A stretch of DNA of 64,000 bases, from assembly GCF_009914755.1 (NCBI RefSeq), contig NC_060926.1; one strand, written 5' to 3'. Each line of letters starts with the position of its first letter. Position 1 is the first letter of the stretch. Below are positions 1 to 11,696 of the stretch, in pieces. A model generated the notes under the pieces. It had not been told where the DNA came from and ran no database searches. It saw only the letters and a list, made by a program, of their open reading frames with translations. The position numbers and the translations under genes were made by a program. This DNA is from the human T2T-CHM13v2.0 reference genome, Homo sapiens.

Positions 1-139
1 AATCTACAGCAGATAGTATTCTAAGTGGCAAAACATTAAAACCATTTAAATAACAGTAAGAAACTATAGAGAAATTCTTGAGGTAGTCTCTTGTTTTGGG
101 GATTCTAGATCATTAAGAAAAGAAAAATGATTGGTAGAG

Positions 140-688
140 ATCTTGACAAAGAAAAGTTGAAACTAAACCTTTTTGTGAATGATATATTTCATAACAAGAA
201 TGCATAAAACTTCTAGTTAAAAAATAAATTAATAAAATAATTTGGTACAGTAACTGCATATAAAATAAATATACAAAATACAGATTTTCCCTATATTAGC
301 AATAAACACTTAAAAATGGAAAGTTCATATTAGCAAAAACATAAAATAATTATGAATAAATTTTAAAATAAGGGCAGGACACGTAAAAATCAAAAAATTT
401 AATTAAAGAGAATAAAGTAAGATTTGAGAAAATAAAGAGACATAAAAACAATTGTGCAAACAAAATATGACACTTCTTTTTGCATAGAGAAATTTAACAT
501 CATAAAATGCCAATTCTCCCATAATTAATTTACAAACTTAATTCAATTCCAAATAGAGCTCAACAGAATTTTTAAGAATTGGTTAAAATGATCTTTAAGC
601 TCATTTAAGAGTATGCATATCTTAGGGTATCTAACAAAAAACATGAAAAAATATTTAGGGACTTGCTTTTATCAATAAAATAACAATA
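140..688 (+). mobile_element. Old L1 (L1M/L1ME-type) ORF2 RT-region fragment
   Basis: A-rich. The sequence near 149 translates as KEKLKLNLFVNDIF, a decayed form of L1 ORF2 KEEVKLSLFADDMI. It resumes after the LTR. Confidence 0.7.
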
Positions 689-1144
689 TGTCAAATAAAA
701 CCCAGAGTGAAACAGTAGTCAAAGTGGTAAAAACAGATTTTATTTAGAAACTGTTGGAATGGGGGAAAGAGACCTCAGTATAGAACTAATTTCAATAATA
801 AGTACAACAAGGAGGCCTGGAGATTTATAGCCAAGAAGCAGGTGGGAGGCTGTTGATGGATGAAAAATTACTAAGAGGAGACATCAAGGGCTGGGGGATT
901 CTTGCTAAATGACTTAACAGGATTTTTGCTAAAAGCAGGCCAGACTGATCATATATCAAGGGTGGAGGGTGAGAAATTTGATTAGATATTGAGGGTAGAA
1001 AATTTTCTCTAAACTAATTAGCAGCATTCTTGCTAAAACCAGATATGCAGGCCCACCAAGGACAGAGACCAATGTTGAGGCCTATTTGAGAAGAGGACTC
1101 AGAGGAGCCCATCTAAAGTTTGCTCAAGGAGATAGACTTTGTCA
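689..1144 (-). mobile_element. ERV1 solo LTR, MER31-like
   Basis: TG...CA ends (tgtcaaataaaa ... gactttgtca). The reverse complement begins TGACAAAGTCTATCTCCTTGAGCAAACTTTAG, like MER31/MER67. It interrupts the old L1. Confidence 0.7.
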
Positions 1145-1585
1145 CATGAAAGTAATATTGTGGTACCGGAATAATAAAAGAACAAATATTTAAACAAAAA
1201 TTGATATTCATATACATTTGAATGTAATATATGACAAAGGTGGTGTTTTAATTCATGAAAAAAGATAATTATTTAATAGAAAGTATTATTAATACTATAC
1301 TATCTAGAATAAAATGAAATTAGACCTGTATCTTATTATACCAATACAAAAATCAATATTAAACTAAAGCAACAGAAAATGCTGCCAAAAAATCTAGGAT
1401 ACTATAGGTATAACTTAGGGATGAGGGAGATCTTATTCAACGCTAGAAACCCACAGCTATAAAAAGTGATAGATTCCTTTAATTACAAGTTAAAGATGCC
1501 ATTATAAATCAATAAACAAATAATGGATTTGGAAAGTATATTCAAAGTGAAAAGATTAGAATGTTATTATCTATAATAAGCAAGA
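1145..1585 (+). mobile_element. Old L1 ORF2 fragment (continuation)
   Basis: The gtaatattgtggtac motif resembles the L1 ORF2 KTVWYW region, followed by A-rich L1-like sequence. Confidence 0.6.
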
Positions 1586-1589
1586 AACT

Positions 1590-1940
1590 TAAAAAGGTAC
1601 AGTAAAAATATGGTGTAAAAGAACAAAAATGATACACCCGTATAGGTCACTCATGAATGTAACTTGCAGGACTGAAAGTGAGTCTTGGGCCAGAGAGTGA
1701 GTGGTGAGTGAATGGAAAGGCCTAGGGCATTACTGTATATTTTTATATTACTGGCAGTGCAGTAGGTCTGTTTACACCAGCATCATCAAAACACACGCGT
1801 AACATATTCCACTATGATGTTAAGATGGTTACGAAGTCACTAGGTGATAGGACTTTTTTAGCTCCATCATAATTTTGTGGGATTGTCATTGCCTATGCGG
1901 TCCATCACTGACCTAAATGTCATTATACGGCATATGACTG
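1590..1940. mobile_element. Tigger3 (MER7/Golem) DNA transposon fragment
   Basis: Contains gagtggtgagtgaatg...ggcctagggcattactgta and a terminal TIR ...cattatacggcatatgactg followed by TA. Confidence 0.8.
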
Positions 1941-1989
1941 TATTGCTGTAGTGATGTTGACAGGAACAGCAAGCAAAGAAGAGACAGCT

Positions 1990-2168
1990 TTCTTTGTCTC
2001 CTCCAGCTTTTTAGTTTCCCTCCGGGAGACTCCTTATTGGCACATCCCTACAGGGAGCCAGCTGGCAAAGGGGAAATTGTTTTGCCCTGCCCTAGCCCCA
2101 GCATCATGTAGTAGCATGGAATGGTGGGCCTAAAGGGGAAAGACAGTATATTAATAACCAGCCAAACA
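1990..2168 (-). mobile_element. Old MaLR LTR fragment (MLT1M/N/O-like)
   Basis: ctccttattggca...gagccagctggcaaagggg...agccccagcatca motif, typical of old MLT1 ends. Confidence 0.5.
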
Positions 2169-2169
2169 T

Positions 2170-2310
2170 TGCCAACACATTTAAAAATTGATAATGGAAG
2201 AGATGATTTTTAAGAAAAATACAGATTGCAAAAAGGTCCCCAGAAGAGAAATAAACACCAAAGAGGTCTAATGCCATTAAGAAATTAAGTTGTTATAGAC
2301 CAGCTATTTT

Positions 2311-2349
<39 letters not shown>

Positions 2350-2530
2350 CATCTGCAAACACAGTTCACCAACTTTGTAAAACCTTCAAAGCACACAAAA
2401 TTCTGATGCTTTTTAAGCTGCTCTAAAGCATAGCAATAAAAGGATGTTCTTTTAACATACTCTTTTAATACTAAGCTCTGAGAAGTAAAGGAAAAAAGAA
2501 AATTATATGCTAATTTTATTTATGGTTATT
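2170..2530 (+). mobile_element. Old L1 ORF2 fragment (contains a CA repeat)
   Basis: accttcaaagcacacaaaattctgatgctttttaagctgctctaaagcatagc resembles L1 ORF2 TFKEEIIPILLKLFQSIE. Confidence 0.55.
2313..2347. repeat. (AC)n microsatellite
   Basis: Perfect AC run of about 17 units. Confidence 0.97.
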
Positions 2531-2746
2531 AATATATCTAGTGTCTTAAAATACATACCTGAATAATTAGAGTGAATTGTCTAGAAAATAAAATAACTTT
2601 TGTCTGTGTTATCTACACTTCAAATGTAAAATGAGTATGTTCTATTCTCTCTTTTTTTTTGCTGAGTGAATATAAACACAGTTATAAATGTGTACTAATA
2701 ATGGGCTATGTACATTTGGGTTGAATTAATTTACTATCAGATATAA

Positions 2747-2920
2747 GGTGGCTCTCAAATCCGGCTGCACATTAGCTTCACCTGGAGAGCTTCAAAAAAT
2801 TCTGATCCCCAGCTGCATCGCAGACCAATTAAATCAGAAAACTCTCCAGGTGGGACTCAGGCCTCAGTATTTGTAAAACTCTCCAGTTGAATACAATGAA
2901 AGCCAAGCTGTCAATTACTG
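2747..2920. mobile_element. MER5B-like hAT-Charlie element
   Basis: gtggctctcaaa..ggctgcacattag..tcacctggagagctt..ccaattaaatcagaa..attactg. Confidence 0.75.
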
Positions 2921-3307
2921 AACATGATAACATAGTAGCATAATTTTAAATTTAAAAAGTTTAGTGACTACCAGCTTGATATTAGCAAATGAGTTTCTAA
3001 GTCAAAATATTTTGCAGAATAGACATCTAATATTTAAACAAATTTAAATTATTTTTCCAGCGTAGGGAACTGTTAATAGCTGAAAACTTCAGGGAGCCAT
3101 AGAAGTCATATTCACTACCCTATGAAGTCTGCAGCACTCAAAAATATTTTATTATTGAAATGCAACATTATTTCCAAAGTTTGAGTTAATTTTAATAAAA
3201 TATAATTGCTCATTAAGCAGTATAAATGAGCATTCAAAGTATTTATTATATTTTAAAAAGTTTATAGGATGATTAAGATTATAAAGTGTAAATATAATAT
3301 TGGTATG

Positions 3308-3529
3308 TGTGATGGTTAATTTTATGTCACTTTACTAGGCCACAGTACCCAGATATTTTATCAAATACCAGTCTACATGTTGCTGTAAAGGTATTTTTTA
3401 GGTGAGATTGATATTTAAACCAGTAGATCTTGAGTAAAACATATTGCCTTCCATAACGTGAAGAAGTGTCATCTAATCAGTAGAAGGTCTTAAGAAAAAA
3501 TGTTGCCTTAAAAAAGAGGGAATTGTGGC
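3308..3529 (+). mobile_element. MLT2 (ERVL) LTR 5' part, interrupted by an Alu
   Basis: Starts tgtgatggttaattttatgtc...aggccacagtacccagatatt, the canonical MLT2 start. Confidence 0.75.
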
Positions 3530-3542
3530 TCCAGGTTGCTTT

Positions 3543-3844
3543 GTTTTTTTTGTTGTTTGTTTGTTTGTTTGTTTTTTTGAGACGGAGTCTAGCTCTGTTG
3601 CCCAGGCTGGAGTGCAGTGGCGTGATCTCGGCTCACTGAAATCTCTGCCTCCCAGGTTCAAGGGATTCTCTTGCCTCAGCCTTCTGAGTAGCTTGGATTA
3701 CAGATGTTCACCCCACGCCTGGCTAATTTTTGTATTTTTAGTAGAGAGGGTGTTTCGCCATGTTAGCCAGGTTGGTCTCAAACTCCTGACCTCAGGTGAT
3801 CCACCTGCCTCGGCCTCCCAAAGTGCTGGGAACCGCGCTGGGCC
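3543..3844 (-). mobile_element. AluS (AluSx-like)
   Basis: Full dimer. TSD tccaggttgcttt at 3530-3542 and 3845-3857. Has a ~15-bp deletion near the 5' end. Confidence 0.95.
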
Positions 3845-5264
3845 TCCAGGTTGCTTTTGAGCTTGAACTTTGACAACTTTTTTCTGGGTCTCCAGCTTGG
3901 CGCAGTATACTTAAATGGGGCACAATTGAGGGGTATGAAAAATCATTTAATTCTCATTTTTAACCTTACTTGTGTCATTAATGTTTTCTAATATAATTGC
4001 AAATTAAAAATTTAAACATTTCCCTTAGCTGTTGTCAAAAAGATAGTGTCCTCAGCAACTCAGGATGTTTGTTCTTTTAGAGGACACATTGGGACCAATT
4101 CCCAAAGTGGCTTTTTTTTTTTTTTTCAACAAATCTAGCTCCTGGTTGGGAAGAGCTTGTACCTCTGAGATTTGTCCAGAGGGGGATTTTCAAAGTTTCA
4201 CATAAATATTTTGATTCATTTTGGGAAAAGAATTGGGATCATGAGATTGCTTAAGTTTATTTTGCTTTCTTAAAATTTGTTTTTATTTTTCATATTTTTG
4301 TTTTTATTGTTTCATTCTTATGGGACCTCCAATTATTTCTCCACTGTGTCTAGTCTTATAAGGAATACAAAAATATTGCCAATTAAGGTAATTACTCTGT
4401 TGTTTACATGAGACAATAAATGGATGAAACAATTTACATGAGAATACGAAGTAGAGAACTGAAGATTCTTTGAGCTAAATTTGTTCTTTAACCTTGGGAT
4501 CCTCTGGATGAGAGTTTTGATGTCTTTGATTAATCACTTGTGCAATTACCTCCGTTATTCAGTCCAAATTTATTGCTTCTGTGGGCAATGTTTCTTCAAA
4601 TTGTTGGACCACACCCTCAAAAACATTCTACTTCATCCCATCTAACTCCTTTTAGGCAGTATGCCTCACAAGTTGAGAATCTTCTTGGTTGGTAAAGAGA
4701 GAAAGAATATGAAATCAAGATAAATCCAGGAAATTTTTTCAAGCTTTATTTCTTTTTGGTTGTATTAAGGAAAGAAAATAAATCCTCTTCAGATGGACAA
4801 ATATTGGGGTTCCTATCATTTCCTGGAGTCTAGCACATATAAAGTTTAAGATTAGAAAGGTATTTTTAAACAATTCGTCATGCTAGGGAAGGCAATGAAT
4901 TCTTTCAGCATATGAATTAAGATGAAAAATATTTGCTAGCAGCAGAGTGATCTTTGCTGTAAAAGATTTAATCCTCTGAGGCCAGACTAGGGTGGTTTTG
5001 TCCCCTTCTCTTCTCCATCTTTACGACATTAAGGTTTCCCTCTCTCTCTTTATCTCATCTCGTATTCAGCTGCAATGCCTAGGAGAAGAAAGTAAAAGGC
5101 CTACAAAGCACTCCCTGGAGGCCTTATATCAGAGGAGGTGGAATACTACAGGAAGAGGGAAGTGCCTAATGGAATTGAGCGCTAGGAAGGGGAGTGGAGA
5201 GGAAAGAGATCTTGGAGAACAACTCTGCAGAGAGATTGGGATTTTGAGGTGTGCTTCCAGGGTC

Positions 5265-5364
5265 CTAAACCACCTGTGGGTATTTATTCACAATGCAGGT
5301 TCCTAGGCCTTAACTCTAGGCCTTATAAAGCTAGATTTCTGAGGAGGAATTTTAGAAATCTACA
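5265..5364. mobile_element. MER5-like fragment (target of the L1 insertion)
   Basis: cacctgtgggtatttattcacaatgcaggttcctaggcc resembles MER5 cacctgggga..aaatgcagattcctgggcc. Confidence 0.45.
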
Positions 5365-6798
5365 GTTTCTGCATATAGCTAGCCAGTTATCCCAGCACCA
5401 TTTATTGAACAGGGAGTCTTTTCCCTGTTGCTAGTTTTCGTCAGGTTTGTTGAAGATCAGATAGTTGTAGGTGCATGGTCTTATTTCTTGGTGCTCTCTG
5501 TTCCAGTGGTTTATGTGCCTGTTTTTGTATCAGTGGTACCATGCTGTTTTGGTTACTTTAGCCCTGTAGTACAGTTCGAAGTCAGGTAATGTGATGCCTC
5601 CAGCTTTGTTATTTTTGCTTTTGATTTCCTTGGCTATTCGGGTTCTTTTTTGGTTCCATATAAATTTTAAGATAGTTTTCTCTAGTTCTGTGAAGAATGT
5701 CATTGATTGATAGGAATAGCATTGGATCTGTACATTGCTTTGGGCACTATGGCCATTTTAATGATATTGATTCTTCCTATCCATGAGCATGGAATGCTTT
5801 CCATTTGTTTGTGTCTTCTCAGATTTTGATGAGCAGTGTTCTGTAATTCTCATTGTAGAGATCATTCACCTCCCTGATTAGCTGTATTCCTAGGTATTTT
5901 ATTTTTCTGTGGCAATTGTGAATGAGATTGCTTTCCTGATTCCTTGGCTGTTACTAGTATATAGGAATGCTGGTGATTTTTGTACATTAATTTTGTATCC
6001 TGAAACTTTGCTGCAGTTGTTTATCAGCTGGGGAAGCTTTTGGGGAAAGAATATGCGGTTTTCTAGATATAGAATCATGTCAACTGCAAACAGAGATCAT
6101 TTGAATTCCTCTCTTCCTATTTGGATGCCCTTTATTTCTTTCTCTTGCCTGATTGCTCTGGCTAGGACCTCCAATGCTATGTTGAGTAGAGGTGGTGAGA
6201 GAGGTCATCCTTGTCTTGTGCTGGGTTTCAAGGGGAATGCTTCCAGCTTTTGCCTATTCAGTATGATGTTGCCTATGGGTTTGTCATAGATTGCTTTTAT
6301 TATTTTGAGGTACTTCCTTTAATACCTAGTTTATTGAAAGTTTTTAACATAAAGGGATGTTGAATTTTATTGAAAGCGTGCTTTGCATTTATTGAGATAA
6401 TCATGTAGGTTTTTGTCTTTAGTTCTGTTTATGTGATGAATCACATTTATTAATTTGTATATGTTGAATCAACCTTGCATCCCAGGGATGAAGCCTACTT
6501 AATCATGGTGGAGTAGCTTTTTGATGTGCTTCTGGATTTGGTTTGCCAGTATTTTATTGAGGATTTTCACATTGAGATTCATCAGTGATATTGGCTTGAA
6601 GTTTTCTTTTTTTTTGTTGTGTCTCTGCCAGGTTTTGGTATCAGGATGATGCTGGCTTCATAAAAGGAGGGGGAGTCCCTCCTTTTCAGTTCTTTTGGAA
6701 TAGTTTCAGTAGGAATGATACCAGCTCTTCTTTGTACATTTGGTAGAATTTGGCTGTGAATCCATCAAGTCCTGTGCTTTTTTTTGTTGGTAGGCTAT
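5365..6798 (-). mobile_element. L1PA (approx. L1PA12/13) inverted 5' segment, ORF2
   Basis: Antisense L1 ORF2. The ORF 5909-6289 peptide is a typical antisense-L1 read. The strand switches at about 6798/6799. Confidence 0.93.
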
Positions 6799-7634
6799 AA
6801 GCTGGACCCCTTAATTACACAATATAAAAAAATCAACTCAAGATGTTTTAAAGACTTAAATGTAAAACCCAAAACTGTAAAAACCCTGGAAGACAATGTA
6901 GGCAATACCATTCTGGACATAGGAAAGGGCAAGGATTTCATGACCAAGACACCAAAAGCAATTACAACAAAAACAAAAATTGACAAATGGCATCTAATTA
7001 AACTTAAGAGCTCTGCACAGCAAAATAAACTATTAACAGAGTAAAAAAACAACCTACAGAATGGTTGCAAACTGTGCATCTGACAAAGGTCTACTATCTG
7101 TATTTATGTGGCATTTAAACACATTTATAACAGAAAAATAAGCCCATTTAAAAGTGGGGAAAAGGCATTAACAGACACTTTTCAGAAGAAGACTTACCTG
7201 TGACCAAGAAACATATGAAAAAAGGCTCAATATCACTGATCATTAGAGAAATGTGAACCAAAACCACAATGAGACACCATGTCACATGCCAGTCAGCATT
7301 GCTATTGTTAAAAAGTCAAAAAATAACAGATGCTGGTGAGGTTGTGGAGAAACAGGAACACTTATACACTGTTGGTGGGAGTGTAAATTAGTTTGACCAT
7401 TGTGAAAAGCAGCCTGGTGATTCCTCAAAGAGCTAAAAGCAGAACTCTCATTTAACCCAGCCATCCCATTACTGGGTACATACCCAGAGGAATATAAAGC
7501 ATTCTACCACAAATACACAACGCATGTTCACTCCAGCACTATTCACAATAGTAAATACGTGGAATCAACCTAAATGCCTATCAGTGACAAATTGGATAAA
7601 GAAAATGTGATACATATACACCATGGAATACTAC
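6799..7634 (+). mobile_element. L1PA ORF2 3' segment (sense)
   Basis: [50 protein letters not shown] matches the L1 ORF2 C-terminal region. Confidence 0.95.
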
Positions 7635-8266
7635 TGATGTAGGATTTTTCTTCTCAGTCATTTTGCAAGCTGGGGACTTCTGGCCAGTGACACCCCACCT
7701 GGGCCTCATTAGGCTATGCTACTGTGCCCTAGCTCACCTGTGTTATAGCTTGTACTCATGTTTGGCAGTTCCTGAGCTCTTGTATCTTGCCCAAGAAGAA
7801 TGGGCATATGCTGGACATTGAAGGATGAGGAAAGCGGAGAAGAATTTTATTGATTGATGAAACAGCTTTCCGCAGAGTGGGGACGTGAAAATGGTCAACC
7901 AACCCGAAAGTGGGAAAGTCCCCTGGTGTGACTGGGTCCAGGATCTTTTATGGACTCAGAATAGGGAGTGCATGCTGATTGGTTTGTGAGTATGCAAAAA
8001 AGGGTAAAGCAAAGACAGCACTCAAAGGTGGGCATGACAGTGTAGAAAATCAATTAGGAAAGGGTAGGTGTATGTAAAATGGGTGAAGGTTGGGGATCAG
8101 TCAGAGGAAAGCATGCCAAACGGAAAGACAAGTTCTCAATCTGGTCTGAAGATTTAACTTGTGGCTTGAGTTTCAGGCTTTAAACTGTTTTCGGCTTTGA
8201 GGTGGGATTTCACTGGGGACCCGCCCTTAACCTGCCTAGGCATTTGGCTGCCTCCTAACACTCTCA
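7635..8266 (-). mobile_element. ERV1 solo LTR (LTR27/LTR28-like) inserted in L1
   Basis: TG...CA ends, 632 bp, 4-bp TSD ctac/ctat. The reverse complement contains GGAGGCAGCCAAATGCCTAGGCAG..GGGTCCCC..ACAAACCAATCAGCATGCACTCCC. Confidence 0.8.
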
Positions 8267-8621
8267 CTATGCAACTGCCAAAAAGAATGAGGACATGTCT
8301 TTTGTGAAAACATGGAGCAAGCTGGAGGCTATTGTCCTTAGCAAACTGACGCAGGAACAGAAAACAAAATACTGCATCTTCTTACTTATATGTAGGAGCT
8401 AAATGATGAGAACTCATGAACACAAAGAATGAAACAGACATTGGGGTCTACTTGAGGTTGGAGGTGAGAGTAGGGAGAGAAGCAGAAAAAATAACACTTG
8501 ACACTAGGCTTAATAGCTGGGTTATGAGATCATCTGTACAACAAACCCCCATGACAAGAGTTTACATACATAACAAACCTTCACATGTATTCTGGGACCT
8601 AAAGTAAAAGTTAAAAATAAA
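8267..8621 (+). mobile_element. L1PA12/13-like 3' end and 3'UTR
   Basis: gaacagaaaac..aaatgatgagaactcatgaacac..ctgtacaacaaacccccatgac..aacaaaccttcacatgta, followed by an A-rich tail. Confidence 0.9.
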
Positions 8622-8847
8622 AGAAATCCAGATTTTATGCAGGTGTTAAGAAATATTAAAGAAATATTGCTCCATGGTTAAAATAAGACAGATGCAGTAT
8701 GAATTGATTAAACTAAATAAATTACTCTTGACTTTGCTACCTTGAAGACTCTGTCTCCTTGTAGTCAAAATTACATGTAATGTTTCCTTGGTTTCATGTA
8801 TGTGTATGGTTAGCTAAAAAGACCTATTAGTATGCTTCATGTATGCT

Positions 8848-8850
<3 letters not shown>

Positions 8851-8891
<41 letters not shown>
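8851..8891. repeat. (TG)20 microsatellite
   Basis: Perfect TG run. Confidence 0.97.
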
Positions 8892-8894
<3 letters not shown>

Positions 8895-9097
8895 AATAGC
8901 CCTCTCTTCTATAGTATGTGGGATATTAGGAAGATAACTTCTAGTTAGGTAACAGCTGAATCTTCATGGCCTAAAAGCCAAAGGAGACTTCATATATCTC
9001 CAGCATTATTTGTGGATTTTATTTATTTTTGAATGTTATATTGTAATCTTACTTCCCCTGATGGAAGTAAGTAATGGATGGCAATAACTTTTCATTT

Positions 9098-9298
9098 CTT
9101 CTCCACAAATTGTTTGCATTATGTACTTCTCAACCTTAATCCTAATGCCAAACTTTTTTGGCAAATAAAATAATTTGCTTCAAAATATTTAAATCCTTTC
9201 CCCACAAATTGCTTGCATTTTGTGTATCTCAACTTTAATGCTAATGCTCACTTTTTCTGCAAATAAAATTAAAAATTTACTCTGAAATATTTTAACAT
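9098..9298. repeat. Diverged tandem duplication, ~99-bp unit x2
   Basis: ccacaaattg occurs at 9103 and 9202, each followed by colinear ttgcatt/tctcaac/ctaatgc/gcaaataaaat/aaatattt. Confidence 0.85.
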
Positions 9299-9439
9299 TT
9301 TGCTCTAACTTGTCTTCACCATGACCGATATCATTTCTTAGTCATCAGTAGCCAAAAATCTATCTACAGAACGTTTGAAAGTGTTTTCAGAAGCATACCA
9401 TAAACATAATTTCTTCTCAATTTTTGTAAATAACCATTT

Positions 9440-9760
9440 CCTTTGAATAAAAATATCTACTTATTGTTGATCAGTTGAAAAATTCTGAAAAGTTAAAGAA
9501 GTAAATTAAAGTTACCTGTAAATACATTGCTAATAGAATTTTAATATGTATTTATTTTTATATGTGTAGCATATATATTACTCACACAAAATTGTCTGTA
9601 TTCATCAAACATAGATAGTGGGGTTATACCATACTTTTGAAAAAGTATTGAGTCTTTTCAATGATCAGTTCATGGATATTTTTACATGCCATTTAAAATC
9701 ATTGTAAGATATGTATTATAACTGCATAATATTCCATCATGTAGATTTTTACCATGCCAC
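9440..9760 (-). mobile_element. L1ME-type 3' fragment
   Basis: actgcataatattccatcatgtagat and similar old L1 3' motifs. Confidence 0.45.
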
Positions 9761-9957
9761 TAAAGTGTAAATTAGTAATACTGTCAGTATTGTAACATTT
9801 TAAAAGTCTGGTAGATGGTCAGCTCAAAGGCATCCTCCAGGCCCTATCCATTAAGGCTCTATCCATCATCATGACTCCTGATTTCAATTGATTTGAAGTG
9901 TTTGCTAGTCACAGTGATCTGTGGGAGACAAAGGCAACAAAACAATCTTATCTCTAG

Positions 9958-10365
9958 GGCAAAATTTCTCAGCCTTGGCACTACTGACATTAACAATTCT
10001 TTTAAAAAATTGTCACATAAGAATTGTACATATTTATGAAGCACAACGTGGTTTGTTTTTCTGATACAGGTATACCTTGTGTGATGATGAAATCAGGGTA
10101 ACTAGCACACATATCATACAGTTATTTCTTTGTGGTGAAAACATTCAGATAATGTCCTTAGTAAGCTTTTTGGCTGGATAAGTCTTTATTGTGGGGGCTG
10201 TTATGTGCATTGTTGGATATTTACCAGCATCCCTGGCCTCTACCTATATGATGCCATTAGCATCTCCTATTCCCCACCCAGGTGTGACAATAAAAACTGT
10301 TTCTAGACATTGTCGATGTTTCCTGGGCAGAGTAAAGGGGAATCACACTGGATGAAGAACCACTA
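9958..10365. mobile_element. MER20 (hAT-Charlie) split by an L1MA 3' fragment (~9995-10165, minus strand)
   Basis: ttctcagccttggcactactgacatt ... ggctggataagtctttattgtgggggctg..cagcatccctggcctctacc..tagacattg..gaaccact. The insert contains aattgtacatatttatg..tttctttgtggtgaaaacattca. Confidence 0.8.
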
Positions 10366-11012
10366 TTCAAAAGCAATTGGTCTTTAACTGTCTGTACTCA
10401 TAAACCCATGCAAGTGGTATAAATGAGGTTCTCTCTCAGGTGGGATCTTGAGAGACAAAACAAAAACATGGGGAACCACTGTTAACAAGATTAAAGTCGT
10501 GTTTATGAGATATACTTGAGCAGTTCATTACTCTTTATGTTCATAATTACATTTTAGCTCATTCCACTTTATTGTGAATAACTGTGAAAAGTTTGAGGGA
10601 GGTAGATAATTGAGGAGGGATTCAGGTCAATCATCTTATTTGAAAACAAAATTCAAAGCATGCGTTTGCCTCATGGTGATGAGCATTGTTATTTACTAAA
10701 AACAGAGTTAATGAGCTTTTTTAAAATCGCAGATACTCTTTCTCTTGGTCTAGATCTTTATTCCCCCTTTTTTCTCATGAAACTGTATGTATTATAACTT
10801 AAAATGACCAACAGTCACAGTTGAAATTCAGGTTGCTGTGTATAGTCATGCATGTTATGTACTGTACATCCAGGAGCTGCTTGTCATTCAAAACAGTTCT
10901 GATGTTATTGTGTTTGCTGGAGTTGGGGGGACAACCTGCTGCAGTCTTGGGACATTTATCTAATTGTACTCCCTCTTCTACTGATAACTGCTGAAACTAA
11001 AATTCAGTGTTC

Positions 11013-11384
11013 GGCCAGGCACGGTGGCTCACACCTGTAATCCTAGCACTTTGGGAGGCCGAGGCTGGTGGATAACTAGGTCAGCAGATCGAGAATATCC
11101 TGGGTAACATGGTGAAACTCTGTCTCTACTAAAAATACAAAAAATTAGCCAGGCGTGGTGGCACGCGCCTGTAGTTCCAGCTACTCAGGAGGCTGAGGGG
11201 GAGAATCGCTTGAACCTGGAGGCGGAGGTTGCAGTGAGCCAAGATCATGCCACTGCACTCCAGCCTGGGCAACAGAGAGAGACTCCGTCTCAAAAATGAA
11301 GGGGAGAGAGAGAGAGAGAGACAGGGAGAGAGGGAGGGAGGGAGGGAGAGGGAGAGGGAGGGAGGGAGAGAGAGAGAGAGGGAG
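11013..11384 (+). mobile_element. AluSc-like element with a GA-rich converted tail
   Basis: Alu body 11013-~11296. TSD aaattcagtgttc at 11000-11012 and 11385-11397. Confidence 0.95.
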
Positions 11385-11519
11385 AAATTCAGTGTTCTAA
11401 AATTCAATGATTTCTACTCTGTGACTATGCAAAAACATCTGCTTATTAACACTAACTGAAACGGCCTCTCACATTTTAGGGTGTAATTTGTTCACATATC
11501 TCATAGGATTGTGATTAGT

Positions 11520-11696
11520 TTAGAAACTGTTTCCCTGTACAAGGATATATTTCTTTCCTCAGCCCTTTTCTGCCTATAAAGCCAACTTTCTCCACTAAGC
11601 TCATTGGAACCCTCATTCTATTTTGTGACTCTGGAATTGCAATTAAAAGCCAATTAGACCTTTCAACTATATTTGCTGTATTTGTGTCTTTTGACA
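11520..11696 (+). mobile_element. ERV1 (MER4-group) LTR 3' fragment
   Basis: ctataaagccaac..gctcattggaaccctcattctattt..aaagccaattagac..tgtcttttgaca. Confidence 0.6.
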
